Source: Paraspadella gotoi
Lineage: Eukaryota; Animalia; Chaetognatha
Direction of reading: 5' to 3'
Assembly (NCBI GenBank): GCA_051294375.1
Contig: CM119264.1
Location: 360,726 to 424,725, forward strand
DNA: 64,000 bases
The position numbers and the translations under genes are program-made. Shown here piece after piece: positions 10,901 to 23,098 of the stretch. A model generated the notes under the pieces. That model worked only from the letters and a program-made list of their open reading frames with translations, did no database searches and had not been told where the DNA came from. Position 1 is the first letter of the stretch. Every line of letters starts with the position of its first letter.

Positions 10901-13900
10901 AGATTTTTTGTTTATCGTTACTATTCTTTTAAAGGGAGATCCTTCGCCGGTTCTTCCGTTAGCGGGCCTGGTTTCTTTTTTCAGGCCCTGGGCGGGCTGC
11001 TTGATGAGTAGGCGCGAGAGGGCACAGTGGAGAGGATTCCGAGGAAGCCTTCTCATCATCTCCGGGTTCTCCTCCGCGGCATCCCCTCCACGACGGAGTG
11101 GGGTTAGTATGCGGCGTACTCGTCATAAGTATTCAATTATTGTAATGCAGGTAGTTATTATTTGGTGGTTTTACTGTTTATTGTTTATTTCACTTTTTTT
11201 TTTAGGTTTTCCGTGGATTAGACTTACTTTGGAACCTTTGAATATCGAGGATGTGGGCAATGTGCCTTAAGCGATTCTTCATGATAGTATCTAAGATATC
11301 GACTGAACATAGGAGAAAGAGAACACATGAAACGATAGGTACATGAGAATGATGCAATGATGGTTTTTAAAAAACATGAGAATAACAACCTTTTTTATTA
11401 TTCCTCATTTATTTCATTTGAGGTTATTTTCGCGGGATGAGTAACAGAAGATATCTCTTTCCTTTGTGATCATTATCTCTTTTACTCGCGAAGTCTTTTT
11501 AGAGGCGGCGGACTTTTCTCTCATTTTAAAGTTTGTTTCTTCTTTCTGACATCTTCTCGCAGGACTTTCATTCTCATTTTGGCGTTTCTCCTTCGCGCTG
11601 CGGTTAGAGCAATCTGCGGCTTTTTTCGTTTCGTGCGCCGTTTTCTTTGAAATCGACCAAGACATTCTCGAGAGTCATTACAATTAAAAAAAGTTAAATT
11701 CGAAATTTGGCATCTCTACAGTATTCTTATTGATTACGCGAATTTTCTAAACTCGAATTAGTAGTACGCGTCCTTAATTATCTTTTTTGCTTCGAGCCTC
11801 CGAAAATTTATTCTTTGAATTGTCGAATTTTTTACTTAGAAGCGCATCGCCAAAAACTCGTATTCTTCGCGGCTCGTTATTTTCCATATTGAAAAATTAT
11901 TTAGCGAATTATTATACAATTCGAGTAATTCAACATATATGCATTGAATACGTAGTTTTTGCAAGTTCAAAGTAGTCCATTTTTACTTGCCGAAATTTTC
12001 GAATATCGATACGCATGACGGTCTAAGAGAGAAAAATATTTCATTTAATTCAATCGTAATATAAACATAAACAAATATTTACCTTCGAAGTCGTCTCGCG
12101 ATCCCTTTACAGCGCCGATTGAATCCTTCTCGTCACCTCATTGGCCTAGCGTTTGAATTTCTCCCTATTTGTTGCCGGGCCTGGTGAAGTTTCTTTTGTC
12201 CGTGTCGAATGAAATCACCCTCGCTCGCCTGTCGCAGACCTAAAAGAAAGAAGAAATATAGTAAGTTATCAAAAAAAATAAGATACAAAATTCACTGCTG
12301 TCCAGTAAATTCTTTGTACGCCGTCGAAGTCCTCGGTCGCCGTCAACCTCGTCGGTGAATCCTGTCGCGGTCGAACTAAAATAAAAATAATAAAATTAAC
12401 TATATTAATTACAGAACAACAACATATTGTATTTAAATCCTGCTTCGATGAAAGTCCAATTCTGTAAAGGATAATATTAACATTGTGATTAAACTTTTCT
12501 TTCGATTGTGTTTTGAGGTAATTGAAAGAAGGAGACAAGTCACTGATGAAGCGGCTTGAAATGAAGCGATACTTGTCTTGTACCAATAAAATGAAAATCG
12601 TTGCTGGTAAACAAGAGACTTTTGTCTTCATTGTTCAATTAGGAAATATTAGAAAATTTCAATCATGTTTCAACCCCGCAACTTTATGCAGATATCCAGC
12701 TTTGTTTAATTCTCATTCAACAAATGGAGAATCGATGGAGATCGTAGTCATCGACGAAGACAATGCCATACTTTGGTGGAATTTCATTTCTCGCAAACCA
12801 TCGCCAAACTCGCCGCAATCCATTCGTGAGTGTTCTCGAGCAGATGACATCATAGAAATACTGAAGTCTCAAAATGGCGGCCACGAAACATCCTCGTCGG
12901 AATCGAAGACGGAGCCGATGCAGCTTGATGAATCGATCATTCGGAAGGATGCTCGGTCGAATTTAGAAAGAAATAGGGCACGAAGACAAGCTCGCGAGAA
13001 AGTCGCTCGGCGAATCACAAAACGCGAAGAAAAAAGAAGGGCGAGAAATGGAGAAATTGGAAAAGAAGAGTGGACTGAGATGAGAATGATGTTTTAAATG
13101 AGAGAGGAGAGTCGCGCTCTAGAAAAATGCGAGCGAAGATAGAAAGAGTCTCGAGCAGAAAGAGAGATCGGCGGCTATTCTATACGTCAAGACCCAAATG
13201 GAGAATCTCCAAGATAAAATGCCATGAACGTATCTTTTTGAACTCTAACTTCAACTTACCATTTTCTTAGTTTTTGTTCATTTGAATTATGGATTATTTT
13301 AAGATGTGTCTTCTACAAAAATAATGTTTCGTTCTTTATTTTGGAGTACTTACTTTCACATTCAGGTCGCATATTCAGTATACATTTCAAAACCTTTCAA
13401 CATCTCGAGAATGAATCCGAATCAGAGTGGCAAAGTAAGTATATTCTAGTGGAAAGACTAAAAGCAAATATATAATATATAAGTAAGCATAGAAGTACTA
13501 GTACATAATACTTACCTGCCAACAGTCCATAAGGAAGTATACAAAGGCACTAGTGAACGCAAGGCCCAGTGATAGATAGGGTACATCAGGGGGAGCTATG
13601 GCAGAAGAGAAGGAGGGAATAAGATGAGAGAAATTTGCCTCAGGCACTCGTCTCCACCGGTACTTTCGTAAGTATTCGCTGCCTACTACGACCTGGAGGC
13701 GGGATCCCAAGTGCGCACAAAGGATTGGAGCTGCACAATTCAGCTGACGACGAGGATCGTCTCATTAAAGAAAAAAATAACATAAAAGAAAGGAGGTAAG
13801 TTCATTATGAGAACATGTGAGTTGTGATAAAGGACTCCGTCCAGTTGTTGTATTGATATTTTGTTTTCATGGTTTTTTTTAAATCGCAGTAAGCACTTTC

Positions 13901-16631
13901 AATTAGATTGACAAAATGAAAATATCTGCAAAACGAACTTGAGAAAGCGATCGCTCAGTGCTAGATTCAACGCGGGACAGAGATGTGGGTTGTCTCGAGC
14001 CAATCTCGGAACTATGCGAAGGACGACTAAAGCGATAAGAATAGGGCGATGAAGCAAGGAGGAAGTGAGAAACTGCAAGCACAGCAAGCGAAACCTGAAT
14101 CTGGCATCCAAAGATGACGTAGGCGTGAACATCTGCCCAAAGGTTACAAGCGAAGATTCGATCTGGACAGACAAGCCGCCGAAATACCACCAATCCATCT
14201 TCAACAGTGAAAGGATGCTAGTGAGATCGTAATGAACTCTGATTATCTTAAAGGAGATAATCATGTGGTGAAATGTCAATTTTTATATTACATGAATTTG
14301 AATTTCAGTTTAAGCCTTAATACCAAACTCCTCGTGATGAACGTCAAATGACGAATCACGCGACCGTCAAGGAGTGCCTCCACCGTCCTCCACCGCCTCC
14401 TCCGAGCAAACCCTTCGGCCAGTCTTTTTCGTATGTTCTGAAATAAATACCAAATTATATATATACATATCACCTGATACTTCAGCCGTGTCGCCGGTCG
14501 TCGATCACTTGTCTCTCAGGTCGCTCAAAATCCGTCGTCGACCGTCGTCGAATCCCTCGTGCGCGTGTCGAATCTCGCGCCGGTCGTCAATCCCTCATCC
14601 GTGGTCAATCCTTGTCGCCGCCGCACTAAAAAAAAAAAATAATTAAAAAAACTTAAAATTAATAACCTTCACCACCCCCTCACCGACCCCCCAGAAAATC
14701 CAATGGACTTGCACACGCCAACCCGACCTCCATCTTACCAATCGGCAATCTTTCGGAAGCTTTTGGGCGGCCACATCTCAGAGACCAGGAGAAAGTCGTT
14801 CTACCTAAAGATCAACAGCTTGACAAAAAATTATCTCACTTTGAGGATGGAATTCTATATTTAAACATTAAATATTTTCACTCATAACTCAAATTGTGTT
14901 GAATCTAATTGATAGAACGAAAATTCTAAACTTGTTTCTAAAAATGTGATTAACCTCTACTATTCAGTCAAAAATAGATATTCCACAAACTCTTTCTCTC
15001 TCTCTCAATTGAGAAAATGGAACAGTCGGCCCCAATTGAACGAAACGTCGGCCCGAATCACGAAACGTCGGCCTCAGTCAATGAAACGTCGGCCTCAGTC
15101 AGCAAAATGTCTCAGTCAACGAAGTCGCCATCAACAAAATGTCGGCCTCAGTCAACGAAACGTCGGCCCCATCAACGAGCGTCGACCCAGTCAACGAAGC
15201 GACGGCCTCGAGTCTCGAAACCGACGTCGGAAGTCTCAATCGTTTGCGTACGTCAAACTCATAAATTTTTCTTGGCAATCCTTTAAAAATTATATCTAAA
15301 TACTTCAAAATACTTACTCTTTGTAGGGAATTACCATGATGAGAGTCCCGCCATGTCCCGCGTCCAGTCTCGAGATAGCGTAGGACCCGATCGCCTCAAC
15401 CGTTACTCCACTCTCGAGGGTCACGGAGATCTCGAATTCGTCACCAATCAGGACTCCTATTCTCGGAGCCTGTTATGCCCGACAAAAGAACCCACGTAAC
15501 GGCAATTGGTCACGATGCTGTTGGCCCAATTTTCGAGGCGAAGAGTTTCTGGAACCGTGTGTAGACATACTCCATTACTTTGGAAGTTCATTATCGCGAC
15601 CGATTCAAACGCAACCGAGAAAGATACCCTTGAGCATTGGCGCCACGAGAAGAGGTAAACCGCAAGATTGGAAAGATCGAAATTTGATGATTTTGGAACG
15701 GTTACATGTAAGATGTTTCCATTTCTAAAAAAAATTGTCTTTGTAAGTATTAGATGACGCGGGGAAAACATCACAGTCAGAACTTATCAATTTTTGATTG
15801 CGTTCATTAGAGACACTTTTAAACGGAGGAAGTTTCCTATCCTACATTAATTATTTTCAAAAAATCGCTACGGAAGTTCTCCGTTTTTATTCATTAGACT
15901 TCTCACATGACACTAGGTGAACTAAATCATTCGTCTCGCCCAATTTAATGTCGTTAGTTTATTTCTTCTTTTCTATTGCTCGCGATTTATGTCATCTGGT
16001 AAATTGTACCAAAGTAATTCTAATATTTTCAAAAACGCACAAAATTAATGTTTTTGCGCGCCCGTGTCTCTCTCATTGATGATTCATTATCATGAAAGAT
16101 AAAACATTAAAAATTCACAAAAACTTCAACATATATACTGATGAGGGAAGATCAATCCGCGAAGTGAAGACGCGGAAGATCCATCCGTGAGTGAAGGACG
16201 CGAGATCCGATCCGCAAAAGTGAAAGCGTGCGAAGATCATCCGCGAAGTTGAAGAGCGCGAAGATCCATCCGGAAAGGGAGCCGAAGTCATCGGAAGATG
16301 CAGACGCCGAAGATACCATCCGGGTGACGGAATGACTCACGAGTCGCCGAAGATTCACCGCGCAAGCTCGAAGAAGCGGAAGTCCATACCGCAAAATGTA
16401 ATACTTACTGCGATACTCTGCGACAATCCCTCGAAGAAAACAGTAGACCACGGCGAGCCTCGAAGACGCAAATACCTCGCGTATGACTCTTTGAGTGGTG
16501 CTGTAAAAAAAAAGGTGTAAGTCTGAAATAATATTAAAATGAGAAAACAAGTACTTACCTGTTTAGATAACACTTACGCTGATGCCACCGCCGACGCTGA
16601 TGATCTACGATGTCGATGATCCTGCGATGTG
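7990..16631. mobile_element. Second, collinear copy of the same element; right end lost in an N gap
   Basis: Collinear with copy 1 at an offset of about 8.4-8.5 kb, differing mainly by indels. 8255-9990 is inverted relative to 14615-16631, and this inverted repeat extends further out than in copy 1 (8260-8390 vs 16500-16631). Confidence 0.75.
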
Positions 16632-17229
16632 NNNNNNNNNNNNNNNNNNNNNNNNNAGAGAAAAAAGAGCCATGAAGACGCGAATACTGCCTAACAGTTC
16701 CAAAGAGAACTAGAAACAGACAGGAGAAAGGAAGCCAGATACGGAACTATACAGCGATAAAGAAGAGAGAGGAGAGAGAGAGAGAGAACGAGAGAGAGGA
16801 GAGACAAGATCCCGGTGGATTGCTCGCTTCCGCGCAGCAGCCGAGAAGCAGAGAGAAAGAGATAATAGAAAGGAGAGCGAAAAGAGCCAGCTTACAGATA
16901 CAGCGGACAAAAGAGCAGACCGAGAGAGAGAGAATTAAAATAAACATTCTGAAAAAGAAGAAGCCCAGAGAGAGATAGAAGAGGAATACTTTTTGCAGAA
17001 AAATTAGACTCCGAGCAGTAAACTCATGAGTCATCATCATTCAACTCTTACGCGTCGGGAGAAAGACTTCACTTCGGAAAAACTTCACTAAATTAGTGAC
17101 TCAACGCACAAAAAAAACAGACAACAACAACGACGGACAAACAATAACATTACCATTCATCCATTTCTCCTCCAATCTAAGTACAACGCGAGTCCGTTTT
17201 AAAACACGACGGAGATGTAGAGGATAGAA

Positions 17230-17700
17230 GAAGTACAGATGGCATGATGGCCAGAGGAGAGGCATGCGACCAGCAGAGATAGTTATTTACTGTGCAGAGG
17301 GAGATGGCATTTACTGGCAAGATGGTATTGGACTGGACCATAGGAGAGTTGGCAATTGCACTGTCAGAGGAGATGGTAGTGCACTGACAGAAGATGGGCA
17401 TTGCACTGCAGTGGAGGAATGGTCTTTGACAGGCAGAGGAAGATGGCTTGACTGACAGAGGGAGAAAGGTCAAGACGACCGAGACAGATGTCATTGTACT
17501 GACCGAGCGAGACACTGTCATTGATGGACAGAGGAGATAGCATTCAATTGGCTGAGGAGACTGGCATTGACGGACAGAGGATATGTCATTGACTGACAGA
17601 GGAGAAGGTATTGACCGACCGAGAAGATGTCTATTGACCTGACAGAGGAGATGTCATTCACTGGCAAGGAGTGATTGTCGAGTGATGGCGTTGTCAGTGA
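17230..17700. repeat. Approximately 22-bp minisatellite (gactgacagaggagatggcatt)
   Basis: Many noisy tandem units, grading into the 20-bp array that follows. Confidence 0.75.
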
Positions 17701-17779
17701 GTGTGATGGATTGCCAGTCGCAGCCTATGGCTCGATTGCCAGGCATGCACGTGATGGCTATGTCAAATGAAGTAATGCA

Positions 17780-18500
17780 TTTTCAAATGAGTTGATGGGA
17801 TGGCCATTTTGAGTATGGCATTGCCAGTTGAGCAATATCGTAGCCCAGTCTAGTAATGGCATTGCCAAATCTAGTAATGCATTGCCAGTCTAGTAATGGC
17901 CCATTTACCAGTCTATGATGGCATTGCCAGTCTAGTATTGCATTACTGTTAGATTAATATTCGACATCTTTGGCACAGAGAAAGGGACAGAACAGCCGAT
18001 TGAATTACATCTAGACAGAGCCGGTCTAAGAGGTAAGTAAATATGACAGCTGAATAACTGGAAGCAGCCCTGACGAGTTTAGTTTATGAATCTGACTTTA
18101 GGAACAAACAAGGACGTTCAAATTAAAGGATAAAAAGATTCCATATAAAATATGGCTGACTTCTAGAATCCATTTGTAATAAATGGCCGATAGTGGCAGG
18201 ATACTCGATAAAGGCGATATTTTTCATGATCGATGAGTCCCGGGTTCGAGACTCTGATGTTTAAAAACATTTATTTACAATGATTCTATGCTCTGTATTA
18301 ATTATTTAAATAAATGATATCATTAATTTTATTTCCAAGGATTGGAAAGCTACATTACCAGCTAGTAAATGGCCATTGCCAGGTCTAATAATGGCAATTG
18401 CCATCTAGTAATGGCCATTACCAGTCTAGTAACGGAATTGCCAGTCTAGTAATGGCATGCCAGTTTAGTAATGGGCATCTGCTATCTAGTAATGGCACCC
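17780..18500. repeat. 20-bp minisatellite (ggcattgccagtctagtaat) in two blocks, 17780-17945 and 18350-18500
   Basis: Direct tandem units, interrupted by about 400 bp of other sequence. Confidence 0.8.
18183..18257 (+). other. Degenerate tRNA-derived (SINE-head-like) sequence
   Basis: A-box-like tggccgatagtgg and B-box-like gggttcgagact about 55 bp apart. No cloverleaf can be recovered. Confidence 0.3.
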
Positions 18501-19083
18501 TTGAATACGAAAATATCTTTTTTTTTGCGTCTATCGAAAAAATTTTCGCTGTCGTCGGACAAAATCATTTTTTATTTCTCTCGCAAATTCGTTTTTACTC
18601 AACCCTTCCTCTCCCTTGCCCTCACTTCACTTCCTATCAATTTGTGGTTCATTTCAAATGAGCAATTGAGTTATTCATCTATTTTACATATTTTGTAGCA
18701 GTTTAGATTATTTCTCATATACTTTTGATTAGATATTTATAAAAATTAACTTATTTTAAGTATTTTAACAATACATTTTCAATAGAGTTTAATTAATAAT
18801 ATAATTTTAGTTTCCAGTTTATCATGCAGAGCGGGATCAAACTAGTAATAGAAATCGGAAGATAGACATGGAACCCTCTCATTGGCCAGGATGATATTTT
18901 ACCTTTACCTCCGAATCCGATTGGAACTGTATACAATATGGAACAAAATTGTTATCTCTCCGTTGAACTTTATTCTTGCCTGGGGATATTTGACACCTGC
19001 GTCGTCGTGTTTTAATCTTCTGAGAAATAAATTCCATTCTGGTTTCTAAATTTAAATCCCTGTCTACTTACTTTAAATGTGGT

Positions 19084-19115
19084 TGCCAGCGGTAGGATTC
19101 GAACCCACGCTCCCC
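19084..19115 (-). pseudogene. 3' half of a tRNA (Leu-like); 5' half absent
   Basis: Minus strand reads GGGGAGCGTGGGTTCGAATCCTACCGCTGGCA (T-arm plus acceptor strand), close to the eukaryotic tRNA-Leu 3' end GCGTGGGTTCGAATCCCACCGCTGCCA. It abuts the HINE 5' end. Confidence 0.7.
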
Positions 19116-19299
19116 TGTTATCGGATCGGTTAGCAAGCAGATCCGGACTCTACTAATATCACTTTGTCGGTCGGTCATCCACCCCCTAAAATCTTGTCGG
19201 TAAATCATTTTATCTTATCGAACATTCGAATTATGATAAATTGCAAAAAAAATGATGCGCCTATCCGTCATATCGTCCGTCCCCCTTAGCAATAATACC

Positions 19300-19856
19300 A
19301 ATTTTGTCAATGACAAGAATTATTACAAAGTTGACCAAATTATGGCGCTGATTGACCAAATTATGCCAATTGAATCCAATTATGTCAGTTGACCATCTTT
19401 TCCAGTTGACAATATATACAAGGTTATACAATTATACAAGTTGATGTATTATTATTGAGTTGACCGAAGATTAAGCAAGTTAACCAATATCGGTTGACAT
19501 GTTGCCGTTTGGATCAAATATATGCCCAGCATGACCAAATTTTATGCAGCAGTTGCCAAATTATGTCAGTTGACAAAATTATTCAGTTGATACCAATTGC
19601 CAAGTTAACCAAATGTTATGCCAGTTGACAAATTATGCCTGTAGACCAAATTATCTCAGTGATCAAATATGTTCCATTGACCTTAGTTCCGTTGACTAAA
19701 AAATGCAAGTTGATTAAATTATACAAGTTTGATTAAATTATGCAAGTGACCAAATTAATGCCATGTCCGAAATTATGGCAGTTGACCAAATTAAGCAAGT
19801 TAACCAAATTATCCATTGACAAAATCCAAATTTGACCCAATAAGCAGTACATAGCA
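19300..19856. repeat. 18-bp satellite (gttgaccaaattatgcca), left block
   Basis: About 28 noisy units. An inverted fragment of its end occurs at 7896-7978. Confidence 0.9.
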
Positions 19857-20179
19857 GTAAATATATCAGAAATTCTCATAAAAGAGTTCAAGTGATCAAG
19901 GTCAGATTCGTCATCTCAATCACTCAGTGTCCTTTCCTAGCCAGTTGCATCTTTTTTCCTTATGGCCTCTCTTTGCCCATTCCTTGCCTAGATGGGAAAT
20001 CTTTTTTGTGTATTTTCATATAAATATACTTGGTAGAGAAAGTTTTTCTCTCTATTCGTTTCTTAGCTCGTAAAAATATTTTAACGTATATATCACGATG
20101 AATCTCGGGAAAAACGTCCATGATTGATTGAAGTTGGAACTTTGAAAAATAAAAATTTTAGAAAAATATTTCAATACTT

Positions 20180-21830
20180 CACTTTCCACGAAATTGTCTT
20201 CTTTGTTTGAAGTTGTATTTGTCTATTACCAGAGGACCCCGGTTTTTCGGGCTTGGTCTTCAAGGATCTTTGATCGTCTTGGCGATCTCAATCGTAGACC
20301 TTCCGCGATTGGAGGTTTTATTTCTTTTGCTTCATTGCACTCAGTCGACTCTCCATTCGCAGTGTTCCTTGTAGGACGTTTCAGACGCCATGACTGACTT
20401 TGCTGGATTTCTATTCGTTCTTCTTTTCCCTCTCTCTTTCGTCTCGCTTTCAGTTCCCAGTTCGTCTGAAGACGAGACTTTCACTCCTAAAGTTCTCTTG
20501 ATCGTTTCTCATCAGCTTGACTCTCTCCCATTCTTTTCGAGATTTCGGACTTGGATCTCTTCATATGGATTTTTCCCTGGCCATGATGCAAGGTAAGTTA
20601 TCAAATTAAACGTTTTAATGGTAAATAAATTCGCCAGAAAGAGTAATTCTATAATAAAGTTGACGGGAATGAACCAATCAGAAGTGTAAGTTAAATTTTT
20701 ATCTTGGCGGAGTATGAGCGATAAGTCGATGTGACTTATAGTTTGGACGGCTTCTGAAAATTATAATGATGCGAATTTGAGTTCATTGATCGCGTCTGCG
20801 TCCAGTTTGCGCGGATAATGGGCGCTTTCCTCCGTCCATTATAATATTCCTGACCGGGTGGATTATTCTTCTGGCTGTTCCTCGCCCACTTCATGTATAC
20901 AGCTTCAAATTCTTTTTGAGCGGCTCCGGAATTGAAGTTTTTAAACTTGCGGCGAGATGTTCATTCTCTGCCAAGGAGTCGAGGTAATAGCGAACGAGTT
21001 GTCCGACATTATCTGGAAGTGGACGTGAAGAAAAAAAGGATGTAATAAAAAGTATAATATTTAACAAGAATGAGTTCTTGCTTTTAATAATTCAATGATC
21101 TGCAAGATGAAGGTTTTATCATTATTTAATATGGGAACTGAGTGATAATTTGTTCCAGAAGGATCCCAATCGCCAATGTTTCTCCTTCCATCATTGCGAA
21201 CGGATTGTTGAGGTTGAGAACTCTCTCACGATCCACGTAGATTTCCTTCCAAGGCCTCCTTTCGATGTGAGCAAAGATTTTCCCGGTCTCTTGCGGAGAT
21301 CACCGTCGGGAGACGCGGCGTGTCTCTCGTCGACGGCTTGTTCATCTGATTCCGTCCTTTCCTTCCATTAAGTTTATATTTTTTCGTTTCGTAAATCGTT
21401 TAAAAACGAGGTGAAATATGTTCTTTTAAAATGTTTCATATGTAATTCCCCTCAGATTTGGATATTCGAGCGAGAATTATCTGAAAGATGGCACTGAAAG
21501 AAAATGGTTTCAAAATTAACGAAATGTTAGTGCAATTCAATGAACACGGGTAAGTCTCTTTCACACTTGGCGTTAAAAAAAAAAAATTTGATTAAAGTTG
21601 ACAGAGTTCAGTTTTCACTCTGTTTCGAAAATCTAACAATGATTTTTTCTGAGCTTTATCTCGTCTTCTCTTGATCGCTTCCGATAGTCTCGAGCTTTCT
21701 TGATCTTCTCCAGCTGCTCTCGTCTTGTTGAACCAATGGTCGAATCTTCTTTTGAACTCGATGTAAAATTCGAAAAGGATTAGGTTCAAATATCGTATTG
21801 AAACATTGACTCTGCGGCGTTAAGCCATTT
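20180..21830 (-). CDS. Cassette of about four small head-to-tail ORFs of unknown function (about 21595-21828, 21127-21368, 20737-21011, 20180-20584), frameshifted
   Basis: GC-richer blocks separated by short AT-rich spacers. Readable segments include KIFAHIERRPWKEIYVDRERVLNLNNPFAMMEGETLAIGILLEQIITQFPY*, FNSGAAQKEFEAVYMKWARNSQKNNPPGQEYYNGRRKAPIIRANW and EPNPFRILHRVQKKIRPLVQQD...LEKIKKARDYRKRSREDEIKLRK. Confidence 0.5.
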
Positions 21831-21869
21831 TAGCTGAAGCTAAAGGGGAAAAAAATTAGGTCAATCAAG

Positions 21870-22283
21870 ATTTATGTTTGTGTGTGTAATTGCTGAAGCA
21901 AGAAAGGGAAATTACAGGTCAACATTGTTTGAACATGGCTTTACATGTTAATCGCCGAAGCTGAATTACGGTCAAGAAGGGTAAAATCGAATAATTGAGT
22001 TTGTGAGATATCGTGTCTCTTAAAGGTAAAAAACGATTTATTTTTTTAATTTTTTATTTTTGTTTTTATTTTTACTAATTTTATTTTTCTTTTCCAGTCA
22101 TCGTGGGAGCTCCAATCGTCACGGTATCCGATACGACATTCGCAGGATCATCGACATGTGAGATCATCAGCGTCGCGGGGATCAGGTAAGTGCTTATTAA
22201 AGGGTAAGTACTTGGTTCCATTTTGAAATATTATTTCAGTGACTTAACCTTTTTTGTTTACAAGTAACCGACTTCAAAGAATC
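21870..22283 (+). repeat. Copy of the outer end of the palindromic element (matches 7990-8410), including the putative first exons of the inward gene
   Basis: Direct similarity: gaagcaagaaagggaaatt, atcgccgaagctga, ttttccagtcatcgtggg, cagcgtcgcgggatcag. ATG at about 21935 and 8057, followed by donor and acceptor pairs. Confidence 0.8.
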
Positions 22284-22284
22284 A

Positions 22285-22580
22285 TAGCAAGTTAACCAAA
22301 TTATGCCAGTTGTCCAAATTATGCCAATAAGCAAGTTAACCAAATTATGCCAGTTGTCCAAATTATTTCAGTTGACCACATTTTACAAGTTGACCAAATT
22401 ATGCCAGTTAACCAAATTATGCCAGTTGACCAAATTATGTCAGTTGACCACATTTTGCAAGTTGAAAAAAATCTACCAGTTGACCATATTATGCCAATTC
22501 ACCAAATTATGCCTGTTGACCAAATTATGCGAGATGACCACATTATGAAAGTTGACCTAATTATGCAAGTTAGTATTGAC
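22285..22580. repeat. 18-bp satellite, right block
   Basis: About 16 clean units, which generate the spurious LTKLCQ and VDQIMP ORFs. Confidence 0.95.
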
Positions 22581-22959
22581 AAAGCTACTGGTAATGATTG
22601 ATAGAATAATTTATTTATTTTTTTTTTCATAGATTTATTAAGAAGTCTGTTATGATTTGTATAATCACAAAGTGAGAGTCAGACAAATTACTATGATTTA
22701 TCATCGGATTAGCTTATTACCACTTAATTATCGTAGGCAGACATTGCTTGCTCAAACTTGTTTCTCCCCCTTTTTGGTTTTAACGTTATTTTCTTCAATG
22801 TTTTAGTTCCTTTTTCTATTCTATGACCCGTGTTACATTTCTTTCACAACTTTTTACATAGAAAAAAAATTACGTTGTTCTTTTTTGCATATTGCATACA
22901 CTACTTTCTTTTGTTACTTCTCTCGCTTCTCTACGTCTCTCTCCCTCACTCCCTCTCTC

Positions 22960-23067
22960 TCTGTCTGTCTCTCTCACTCTCTCTCTCCCTCTCTCCTTCT
23001 ATGATGGATGGAAAAAAGCGTAAACTGCAAATCGTTGCTTCACCACGGAAAGAGAGAGAGAGAAAGA

Positions 23068-23098
<31 letters not shown>

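Larger units (their letters stand above)
19118..22762 (+). mobile_element. HINE/DINE-1-like element with internal 18-bp satellite and inserted ORF cassette
   Basis: 19118-19290 matches the family 5' end at 48612-48770 (hairpin, gaattatgataaattgcaaaaaaa, ccgtcc microsatellite). 22731-22762 (tcgtaggcagacattgcttgctcaaacttgtt) matches the family 3' end at 49452-49488. Confidence 0.6.

Noticed and set aside
1-22283. Definite call as Polinton/Maverick, densovirus or a known DNA transposon
   Set aside because: No pPolB, integrase, packaging ATPase, protease, NS1 or DDE motif was recognisable, and termini and TSD cannot be fixed in the noisy sequence.
22303-22601. LTKLCQ and VDQIMP repeat proteins
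   Set aside because: They are read-through of the 18-bp satellite, and the left block of the same satellite does not keep frame.
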